NCBI RefSeq assembly: GCF_022045235.1
Contig: NW_027266275.1
Span: forward strand, 68,386,001 to 68,450,000
DNA length: 64,000 nt
Direction of reading: 5' to 3'
Origin: Haliotis cracherodii
Lineage: Eukaryota
The notes beneath the pieces were generated by a model. The model worked only from the letters and a program-made list of their open reading frames with translations. It was not told the origin of the DNA and ran no database searches. Each line of letters opens with the position of its first letter. The stretch's first letter is position 1. A program made the translations under genes and the position numbers. Below are positions 26,225-36,152 of the stretch, piece by piece.

Positions 26225-26595
26225 CATCGATTTACCCCTGAAATACCGTCGCACCAGCAAAATATATTGATTTACCGTTAAACCAGCAACACACATTGAT
26301 TTACCACTGAAATACCGTCACATCAGCAATACTCATTGGTTTATCCCTGAAATACTATCGCATCAGCAATAGACATTGATTTATCCCTGAAATACTATCG
26401 TATCAGCAATAGACATTGATTTATCCCTGAAATACTATGATCGCATCAGCAATAGACATTGATTTATCCCTGAAATACTATCGCCTCAGCAATACTCATT
26501 GATTTATCCCTGAAATACTACCGCATCAGCAATAGACATTGATTTACCTCTGAAATATCGTCGCATCAGCAATACTCAATGATTTACCCCGGAAT
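26225..26595. repeat. 40-bp minisatellite
   Basis: Unit gatttatccctgaaatactatcgcatcagcaatagacatt, about 9 copies. Confidence 0.9.
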
Positions 26596-27040
26596 GTCAT
26601 CGAAACGTACCAAGCAATCAAGGCCGTTAGATATAAATGCTGGTGAAAGCACAGGCCTAGGTGAGCAGGGTTCCGGGACACCCATATCTGATATGGGTCT
26701 ATGCTCATTCCGGGTATGATATGACAATCCATAAGGTCATACTGCCAGTATCACTTAATACTGACCGAGCCACTTTATATATTCATATATTTCTGTTTGA
26801 CATTATTTATTAGATGCTAGAACATATCGTACAGGAATGAATATATCTATCTGCAATATACTAGTATTTCTCTCCTCGCCGCTCGAAAGAAGACAGTTTG
26901 TCGTGTATCCGGTGATAACCATACATCTATAATGTAGTCTTCAACTCTTGACATTATAAATCAATGTATTTATACATTAGTTTTCGGACCTCGCCATGAT
27001 ATATCCATATGTCTATACTGCAGCAACAGGTACAGACATC

Positions 27041-27042
<2 letters not shown>

Positions 27043-27104
<62 letters not shown>
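27043..27104. repeat. (GA)n microsatellite
   Basis: Directly visible. Confidence 0.95.
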
Positions 27105-27107
<3 letters not shown>

Positions 27108-28034
27108 TATCTTACCGATATGTTTGAATATGACATTGTTAAATAATTCAAACAAGTACAACATTGATAGAAAGCAGCTGTTCAAATGAGTTGGGGTTAG
27201 CTTGCGCTGTCACATGACTTGACTCAGAAAAAGCACGCGGCTTTTTGCTTTGAGGCGGGGTATAAAGGCTTTTATTCTGCCTCTCAGAATCCACGTGCAA
27301 CCTGACTTGCACGCGGCGGTGTATAAGAGATTTTTTCCCCCGCTGAGAAATGTATTCCCCTCAAAGGTGGGACACACAGTATTTTATCAAGATCACGTGG
27401 ACCAGTCAGATCTCATCTTTCTGACATGCTGACATGGAGGTATGATAATGCCATTTTCCTGTCAGTGGGCTTTCGAACCAAATTGTTAATTACATTATCA
27501 ATCATTAGACAGTTGGCGACACGAGATGTCTCGACAATGCTTAACCAAAGCCCGGTGCCACACACTGCCCTGTTTTCGCAACAACAACAAAAAAAGTCAT
27601 AATATTTTTTTTTTAAACAAGACACTGTGGCTCGACTTCATATACAATTGAACCTCGTTAGTCCGTAAACCTCGCATTCTAGACGAGCTTGCTTTTTCGC
27701 ACCGTGATTCGTTAATACGGAATGTATTAATTTGAAATAGTTTACTAGGAATCATATAATCTGGATTAATGAGGTTATTGTCACCAGACTGAACAGACAC
27801 ATAAGGCAGTTGTAATCATCAGTATTTTATTATACATGGAATTTAGTCTTCACAAGTATGTTTTTTAATCAGAATAAGTAATCATCACCATGATGTTCCT
27901 GACAATAACAGAAAGTACATATCTATATCACAGAACCGAACTAACTGTATGCGAAAGCGTATTAGTCTTAAGTCCCAGAGTATGTGAATAATTTTGGGTA
28001 ATCAAATTAGCTTGTCGGGTTGGTGTCGAATGGT

Positions 28035-29222
28035 TTACCAATAATTCTTTTCGCCAACATTAATCTTCCAAACGAACATATTAAACGGACCCGTGTCTTT
28101 AAAATCCATTGTATTCTGAAGGAACTTGGGCACGTTATTGACTGTAAAGTAGAGGTGGCCACTGGTGTCGAAAGCAAAGCTGTCAACCCAGTTCATGAGC
28201 GCTTCATCCTTAACCACCTGGGTCTGTGTTGTCAGGGTAACGTCGTCAACAGATGCTGCAATGGCCATGTCCTTGGTGAAATCCCATTTATAGACAGCAT
28301 TCCTATTCAACGCTCCGTAAAACAAACTTTTACTGCCAGCCATCATGCCTCCCGTCTGGGAAACTTTGTCTCCTAGGTTTTTCACAGATCTGCTAATGTC
28401 ACCATTTTCTTGCGCAAGCACTGACGTGGGGACACGATAAAGTTTCATTGACGCCAAGGGGCAGTAGTAGAGGTACCGGGAGTCGGGTGAAAGAGCAATG
28501 CCATTTATCGCTGTTTTTGACATAAATTTCGTGTTGTCAAAATCGATTATGGTAGCTGGGCCGCTCTCTGCTGCCATGCTCTTGTGTGCAAATGTGTACG
28601 ATTTGTCCTTTAGGAAATCATAAACGACAAGTTTGGCTGTTCCAGTATCGGTGATGTAAGCATAAGCAGGCTTTCCTGAAATTTTATGGACCACGATGTC
28701 GTTCAGGTACGTCCGCATCTTTGGAGCGACGGCTTCAGGAAAAGTATGGACTCGGATGACCTTCTTAGCGTTAATATCGTAGATAACTAGTTTAGCGGGA
28801 CACAAGAACTGCCCCGGGTCTGCGATTATATGTAAGCCAGTATCAATAATCCACATCCATCCAGTTGACTGATCAATCTCAAAACTCTGGGCGAACTGGA
28901 TAGCTGAACAGTCACCCACAGTCTGCATGGACCAACTGGGGAAGGGTCTAAGGATTGGCTCCCCTTGCTTCTCCACTATCACATTCACAGCAGAGGGAAC
29001 GCCTTTCTTCGTACGAGGAACCGTCACGTACACACTTTCATTGTAGATCTTTATGCCAGAGAGGAGGTTATTTTTTATGATGAAACTTCCGTTTTTGATG
29101 GATGCTTCTTTGACTGAAGTGCTTGGCCATTCATAGTCTATAGCATGCCACTTATACACAATGGCGGAATCCACTAACTTGTGGCCAAGGATGGTGATCA
29201 GGAGAACTGTAAAGGCCGACAT
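28035..29222 (-). CDS. Yellow/major royal jelly protein family secreted protein, copy 1 (395 aa, intronless)
   Basis: Uninterrupted ORF; signal-peptide-like N-terminus; VTVPR..GVP, LRPFPSW, MWIIDTG, CPAKLVIYDI, YLNDIVV, AYITD, GIALSPD..YLYY..L.S, WVD motifs of the Yellow/MRJP beta-propeller; AATAAA at 27826-27831. Confidence 0.93.
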   Translation of the reverse strand: MSAFTVLLITILGHKLVDSAIVYKWHAIDYEWPSTSVKEASIKNGSFIIKNNLLSGIKIYNESVYVTVPRTKKGVPSAVNVIVEKQGEPILRPFPSWSMQTVGDCSAIQFAQSFEIDQSTGWMWIIDTGLHIIADPGQFLCPAKLVIYDINAKKVIRVHTFPEAVAPKMRTYLNDIVVHKISGKPAYAYITDTGTAKLVVYDFLKDKSYTFAHKSMAAESGPATIIDFDNTKFMSKTAINGIALSPDSRYLYYCPLASMKLYRVPTSVLAQENGDISRSVKNLGDKVSQTGGMMAGSKSLFYGALNRNAVYKWDFTKDMAIAASVDDVTLTTQTQVVKDEALMNWVDSFAFDTSGHLYFTVNNVPKFLQNTMDFKDTGPFNMFVWKINVGEKNYW

Positions 29223-30193
29223 GTTCAGAGTCGCAAACTGGAGAGTCTGGGCTGGTCGCAGTCGTAAGCTGGACTGTCTGGTCTGCTCACGGTCGTAAGC
29301 TGTATACTCTGGGGTGGTGTCATCTGCTGTAGGTCCACACCTTAGCTAGTAGCTGCGCAATGACACAAACTATTTTCAGCACCATTGTCGCAGCATTGTC
29401 TTATCTCCAGGTGCTAAGAACTAGCATAGTGTCGTGTTGATTGCATTCAGCTTAGAATTGTAAAGTCATCCTGATACAATTACGCAACTATTTAACATAA
29501 AAGAATCATAAAAAATACAAAAGATAACAGGTTAAATTGACACAGAGGATTGGCAAAACATTTTAAAACATAGTCATGGAAAGTACATATTTAGACCCCA
29601 AAAGAGTCATATGTCTAAAAGTCTAAAAGGCATCAAACAACTGCCCTGATCCCACCACCATCTCGTATGTCAGCCGAAATGACAGACTTGGAGGCCCCGC
29701 GGCCCAGAATACAATCTTACACACATTGCCAATGGTATGTGCTTTATAAATTGTAAATGTACACTTATCATGAATTCTGTGAAGTCACATTGCATTAATC
29801 ATGAAATTTACAATTGGATCGCCTTAAAAAAAAAGTACATCTTGATGACACTGAGTATAACATAACGGGACATTAAGCTACAAACCCATAGGATTCTGCC
29901 CTGATGAAAATCTTCGATACTATGTCTATATCATGAATGTACACCAACCATGGAATTTCATTCATATCATTAACTTCCTTTAAATGAAAATGGCTAAACC
30001 TTTCAAAAGTTTTTCTATTTCTGGTTGACATCAAATCTATCAGCTTCTGTCTTGATGGATAACGATGATAGTACGTCGGTAACAACATAGCTCTGCTTGG
30101 CCTGTAGTAGAGACAAACCAGGAAAAAATGGTATTCATTTTCGATTTCCATCAAGTTACATTTATCACAAATTACACATCTCAAATCATATAC

Positions 30194-30375
30194 AGGGCGG
30201 TCGGGTAGCCTAGTGGTTAAAGCGTTCGCTCGTCACGCCAAAGACCCGGGTTCGATTCCCAACATGGGTACAATGTGTGAAGCCCATTTCGGGTGTCCCC
30301 CGCCATGATATTGCTGGAATATTGCTAAAAGCGGCGTAAAACCATACTCACTCACTCACTCACTCACTCACTCAC
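30194..30375 (+). mobile_element. SINE family A, full length, young
   Basis: tRNA head GGTAGCCTAGTGG...GGTTCGATTCCC; (CACT)n tail; TSD tcaaatcatatac. Confidence 0.92.
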
Positions 30376-30656
30376 TCAAATCATATACTGTTTTACTCTA
30401 ACGTCGCATTTGTATTTTCAAACAATGTGATAAACACCGAAACTTAGCAAGTATTCTCATAAGATCTTTATTAAATGTGATGATATATATTATGCAGGGT
30501 CGAGAAATACAGAAGTATTTATCTTTTGATACAGCTGCTATACTCATAAAATAAGATTCATCCTCAAACTCCTGGGATATCCAGACGTATGAGAATCCTG
30601 TTTGGAATAAAACATTTTAACATGTGACGCCCAGTTTACTCCTCTATTGTCCACAT

Positions 30657-30868
30657 GGGGGGCGCGGGTGGCCCAGTCGTCTAATATCACGGCGTGTCAA
30701 CTTAATGTGGGAGGAAAGCTCGAAGTGATGCAGGTCTCAGACGTTTATAATTATCACTTCGGTGAAACCCACAAGCACGGGTATGGTGATGACAAACCTA
30801 GAAACCCGGGGATTACAATCATAGGTTTCTGGCGTTTCTGGCGCGAATCGCGGCGCCTTAGACGACTC
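30657..30868. mobile_element. SINE family C with internal inversion
   Basis: Head on plus 30657-30684, body on minus 30685-30868. Confidence 0.75.
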
Positions 30869-31934
30869 GTATTTTTCTAAATTTAACTCTTTATTCCTCT
30901 ATTGACAAAAACATTCTTATGCCAATAGCTTTTTTGTAGGTCAACAACTGAATTCTGACACCAAAACAGTATCATCTGCAAACAACAACATCTTGATGAC
31001 ATCAATCATATCAGTTACAAAAATATCATTTGTTTCACTCTCCATCACATCAGTAGCCAACTGGTAAATGAAAAATATAAAAAGTAAACGACTAAGCATA
31101 CAACCCCATGACGTTGAAAAGATACCACTTCTCGAATTTCCTAAGTGTACACAAGCACAACCATTTCTGTAATACTTTCTAAAACATTATAAATTTTACC
31201 ATGAATACCTTTCTGTAATAACATATACAATAACTTATTCCTATCAACCTTATCAAAGGCTTTACAGAAATCAAAGGAAAGCTGCATAAAAGGGTTTAGG
31301 CTTACGTAAGTATTTCTGAGATGTTATCTATCGTAGACCCTTTCTATCAGTTCATTTAATTCTAATCAATATCACAGTCTCGACCCATGATCAACTATTG
31401 ATGTAAATACTTTCCCCATGATATTAAGTATAGACATTCCACTGTAATTGTTTGGGTCACTCCTATTACCTTTTTCAAATAAAGGTGCAATTATTCCAAT
31501 ATTCCAATGATCAGGGAATACAGGCTGATCTATATAGTGAGTGTTTCATAATTTTGAAAAGCATTCATAAACCATCCATACCCGGAGATTTTCCAGACTT
31601 TGAGAAATTGGCAGCTACTTTAATTTCTTCTTCTGTAATTTCCCCTGACAACAATTCATGCGAGTTGTTGCACTCAACTCAAGTGTCTAAATCATGATCT
31701 TTTAAAATTCCGCTACTTTTATTCAAATTTAATACAATCTACAAACTAAGGATTTAATATCTCAAAATATAAATAACAGCTGTTAAGGGATATAGTGTTG
31801 TCACTTTCACTATTTTACCCAACAGCACAATTTATCTTTTCACTTTCTAATTTATGAAATATGTTCAGTCCAGTTACACATGTTCTTCGGAAATCTCCTT
31901 TAGCCTGCAGATAATTATTCAAGGTTTCAGAACT

Positions 31935-32156
31935 TTTCCCATCTGTACCATACCCAAGGCTCGTTCACGTTGTTCGACTGTGAGTCGTGGCATTTGTTGT
32001 GTGTGTTTTTTGTCACTGTGGATGTCTGACTTGCCGTTGCAATCGTTTTATACCCTTACCCGCGCGTGCATTTGCAGTTGTTCGTGGTGCACGTGTTTTT
32101 CACTTTTTCGCGTGTTATATTTTCAGTCGGTAAAGTTTCTTTTGGGCGTCAGTTTA
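31935..32156 (-). mobile_element. Tc1-like transposon 5' fragment
   Basis: MPRLTVEQRERALGMVQMG transposase N-terminus; TIR-like aactgacgcccaaaagaaac. Confidence 0.7.
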
Positions 32157-33080
32157 TTAAAAAAACAGGATAACTGATATAAATGAAAATGTGTTAGCCA
32201 TAGATTTACACCAACATGTATTTTTTCATTCTCTCTCTCTCTCTCAAGTGGCTGTATCAGATTCCACCTCATATGCTTCAAATGATATGGCGTCGCCCAG
32301 TGAAAACAATTTCATCGATAATCAAGCTCTACATTGTACTAAACAACATGAAAAGATTTGGAAAATATCTGTTGATGCTAAGTTGTGAGTATAAATGCTT
32401 TGCAAATCCTGCAATTGAACGAAATCTGCACGGTAGTTTACGAACCGGAATGTCGAATTCGTTACGCGATTTTGATTGGACTATGCATATACTCATTAGT
32501 CCAGCCAAAATATAACTCCATAGTTCCATCCTAGTTCGGCAATGGTGGAAACTGGACTTTTATAGTCAGCTAACTCCCTTGCCTCGGGAAGGTGATTTAT
32601 AAAGTACATCACCTTTAAATGGTTTAGTTGCATACAACAGATTCAACTCAGATTATTACTGAATTTCAAGGCACCATAATTTGCTAGGATCTGTTCAATC
32701 CCAAATAGAATTAACTTCGTTTATAATTCGATCGTGAGTTCGAATCCCAGAACATCTCGAGGCGAACCCGGATTCCTACTCACTCTGCACAGCGAGTTTC
32801 GGCGCCTTAGACGACTGGACCAACTCTAATCCTCAGTATTTCATTATCCAAATTATTTAGTCTTCACAATGATGTATCGTTTAGGAATCAGAATAAGTAA
32901 GTAACGCCAATGTTTTAGGTTTATTAAATAGGTTTTATAACAATGCTACCGGGTAGAGAATGTTCATATGTATATTACGAAGCGAAAACTAACTGAAGTT
33001 TGTGAGTCATATGTCCCAAAACACGTGAATAGTTTGGGGTTAACAGAATTCATCTTGGTGTCAGTTTGATGCGGAAAGGT

Positions 33081-34280
33081 TTATAAATAATTTCTTTCAT
33101 CAACATAAATCTTCCAAATGAACATATTAAATGGCGCCGTGGCATTAAAATCCATTGTATTCTGAAGGAAGCTTGGCAGTTTGTTTACTGTAAACCAGAG
33201 GTAGCCATAGGTGTCGAAAGCTAAGCTGTCAACCCATTGCATGTACGAGTCATCCTTTGCCACAAGAGGTTGTGTTGTCAGGGTAACGTCGTCAACAGAC
33301 GCCGCCATGGCTATGTCTTTGGTGAAGTCCCATTTGTAGACAGCATTCAAACCCAACGCCCCGTAATATAAACTTTTACTTCCAACTATCATGCCTCCCG
33401 TCTGGGAAACTTTGCTTCCAAGGTCTTTCACAGATCTGCTAATGTCACCATTTTCTTGTGCAAGCACTGACGTGGGAACACGGTAAAGCTTCATGGATGC
33501 CAAGGAACAGTAGTAAAGATACCGTGTGTCGGGAGAAAGACCAATGCCATCTATCGGTACGTCTGTCTTAAATTGAGTATGGTCAAAATCGATTATGGTA
33601 GCTGGGCCGCTCTCTGCTGCCATGCTCTTGTGTGCAAATGTGTACGATTTGTCCTTTAGGAAATCATAAACAACTAGTCTGGCTGTTCCTGCATCCGTGA
33701 TGTAAGCATAAGCAGGTTTTCCTGAAACTTTATGGACCACGATGTCGTCCAGGAACGTCAGCATCTTTGGAGCGACGGCTTCAGGAAAATGATGAACTCG
33801 AATAACCTTGTCCGTGTTTATATCGTAGATAACTAGCTTAGGGGGACATATGAACTGCCCCGGGTCGGCGATTGAGTGTAAACCAGTGTCAATAATCCAC
33901 ATCCATCCAGTTGAAGGATCAATCTCAAGACTCTGAGAGTACTGGATAGCTGAACAATCACCCACTGTCTGCATGGACCAACTGGGGAAGGGTCTAAGGA
34001 TTGCCTCCCCGTCCTTCTCCACTACTACATTGAGAGTGGACGGAACCCCTTTCCTCCATCGAGGAACCGTCACGTACACACTTTCATTGTAAATCTTAAT
34101 GCCTGCGATGATGTTATTTGTGATGATGAAACTTCCATTTTTGATGAATTCCTGTTTGACTGAACTGTTTGGCCATTCATAGTCTACAGCATGCCACTTA
34201 TACACAATGGCGGAATCCACCAACCTGTTTCCAAGAAGTGCGATCAGGAGGATTTTGCATGCAGACATGCTTACAGGCAT
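33081..34280 (-). CDS. Yellow/MRJP family secreted protein, copy 2 (399 aa, intronless)
   Basis: Uninterrupted ORF; VPRWRKGVPSTL, MWIIDTG, CPPKLVIYD, IDGIGLSPD, WVD; AATAAA at 32920-32925. Confidence 0.94.
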   Translation of the reverse strand: MPVSMSACKILLIALLGNRLVDSAIVYKWHAVDYEWPNSSVKQEFIKNGSFIITNNIIAGIKIYNESVYVTVPRWRKGVPSTLNVVVEKDGEAILRPFPSWSMQTVGDCSAIQYSQSLEIDPSTGWMWIIDTGLHSIADPGQFICPPKLVIYDINTDKVIRVHHFPEAVAPKMLTFLDDIVVHKVSGKPAYAYITDAGTARLVVYDFLKDKSYTFAHKSMAAESGPATIIDFDHTQFKTDVPIDGIGLSPDTRYLYYCSLASMKLYRVPTSVLAQENGDISRSVKDLGSKVSQTGGMIVGSKSLYYGALGLNAVYKWDFTKDIAMAASVDDVTLTTQPLVAKDDSYMQWVDSLAFDTYGYLWFTVNKLPSFLQNTMDFNATAPFNMFIWKIYVDERNYL

Positions 34281-34809
34281 GAGTTGGACTGTCTGGGTTG
34301 GTCACAGTTTTGAGCTTTATGGTTTGGTTTGGTGCCACCTGCTGTGGGTCCACACCTTAGCTAGCAGTTGTGGGTTGCGCAGTGATATAAGCTATTTTCA
34401 GTCGCAACATTGTCTTATCTCCAGGAGCATGAGAACAAACATCGTGTCATCTCAAACTTGTAACGTCATCATGATAAAATTATGTAGCTATTCAACATGA
34501 TAACAATCTTTAAAGAATACAAAAGATAACAGATTAATATTGACACAGAGGATTGGCAAAACTTTTTAAAACAAGTTAAATAGTCATACAAAGTACACAT
34601 TCATACACCATCATATGTTATTTCAAAGCAACAAACAACTGGCCTGATATCACCACCAGCTCGTATGTATATCGAAATCCTGGCTTCAGGCCAAGCGGTA
34701 GCTGTGATGTCATAGTGGAGAGTCGTCGCCATTTTCATTTGTTTTCAGTGCATTAATTTAAGTACATGACAAGCAAGTGATTTCCCTTTCACAGCGTATT
34801 TTGACGCGA

Positions 34810-35030
34810 AATGGGATACCGTGTTTCATTAGGGACGTTCATTTCTTCAAATCTCAAACGAAAAAGCCGATTTATTGAGGAAGAAAGTTTTGATACAATG
34901 ATGTCAGAGTGGACAAAAGAAATGGGAATTGACTGGATATGCCGCTTAGTAGTCCTTGCATTTTGAGGCGTCTATCTATGAGAGATCTCCAGACAAACCA
35001 AAAGAACTTGGTTACGAAACTAGATTCTCC
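34810..35030 (+). mobile_element. Possible decayed THAP-domain transposon fragment
   Basis: Frame with W.....SLHFEASIYE resembling the THAP C-x-x-H-F region, interrupted by stops. Confidence 0.25.
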
Positions 35031-35265
35031 ATTCGTTGTTAAAAATAATCGATGACTTACTATCATCGTACAACATTTACAAAGGACCATGCAAATTGAT
35101 CACATGCAAGGGCAATATATACCCTCGTCAAAGTATAGCATCACCAAATGTAAAGTTTCATTTACAATGTAGAGATTTTTTAACAAGGTGCATCTGCTTG
35201 TAGAATGGTAGCCACCTTAACTGCCTAAACTTCTGGGTGCGTGTATGTGAGCCGTATGCCTGTGT

Positions 35266-35408
35266 GTCTGTTTGTTGTTTTATGCCGCACCCAGCAATAT
35301 TCCAGCTATATGAGGGCGGTCTCTAAATAATCGAGTCTGGACCATACAATCCAGTGATTGATATCATGACCACCTGATCCCGTTATTTGCCTCTAACTAC
35401 AAGCATAG
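35266..35408 (-). mobile_element. SINE family B (internally deleted)
   Basis: cagcaatattccagctatat...gagtctggacca. Confidence 0.75.
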
Positions 35409-35409
35409 C

Positions 35410-35955
35410 ACACCTGAGGGTTCTCATTAGAGAAATTCGTGTTTGATGACAAATGCACACCACTGATTGTAGAAGAACTCTTGAGGCAAAGAGGAACATC
35501 TCATCATCAGTGCAACATCCAGGAAACAGTGGCGTTGGCATGTGGTGGCGGCTCAGTGATGGTATGGGGATGTTGCTCCTTTGATTGTAAACTTGATTTG
35601 GTTACAGTTCTGGGACATTTAGTGAACAAAGGTACTAAGATAACACATTGGACGGTTTTGTTGTGCCTCATTTTGATAACCATGCACTTGTCACACATTC
35701 TGTCTTCATAGATGATAATGACCGACCCAAACGAGCACGAGCACGAGCACGAGCTGTGACTGACCATCTCTACATCAATGCCATGGCCTCTGCCTTGGCC
35801 TTCCTGAAGCCAAGACCTGAATCCAGTCGAGCATCTCTATGCGATCAGTTGGGACGTTGGGTGAGCAAGGGACTCTGTACAGAAGAACTGACCCAGGTAT
35901 TGTTTCAGGAATGGCAACACTTTCCTCAGTTGAGGATCAGGCGTCAGATACTGAC
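35410..35955 (+). mobile_element. Tc1/mariner transposase DDE fragment
   Basis: GGGSVMVWGC, FIDDNDRPKRAR, PWP...DLNPVEHL..QLGR with frameshifts. Confidence 0.85.
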
Positions 35956-35978
35956 TTAAACTAGTGATCATTTAGGAA

Positions 35979-36152
35979 ATAAACCTACTGTGTTTTGAAA
36001 TTTGATGTAGTACCACTGTAGAGTAGATACCTCTTTAGTAGATACCGAGCGCTTAGCAAGAGGTTCCAAATTACAATAAAGAGGTATCTACTCTTCAGTG
36101 GGACTACATCAAATTTCAAATCACAGTAGGTTTATCTCCATTCTACCATGAC
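35979..36152. repeat. Long hairpin related to the 19203 element
   Basis: 59-bp arms 35979-36037/36077-36135 followed by ctccattctaccatgac. Confidence 0.8.

Larger units (their letters stand above)
29690..32530 (-). mobile_element. Decayed LINE (RT plus C-terminal Cys/His motif) with nested insertions
   Basis: Minus-frame remnants EITEEEIK..KSGKSPGMDG, PLFEKGNRSDPNNY, DFCKAFDKVDR, GCMLS.LLF, LLFADD, C..C...IENEYHFFLVC; the 5' boundary is uncertain. Confidence 0.8.

Noticed and set aside
26225-26595. CRISPR-like regular repeats (also 51475-52832, 54112-55265)
   Set aside because: Head-to-tail units without unique spacers, eukaryotic context, no cas genes.
23614-30270. tRNA genes at 23614, 30194 and 43742
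   Set aside because: They are SINE heads, with body, tandem tail and TSDs and without a proper acceptor stem.
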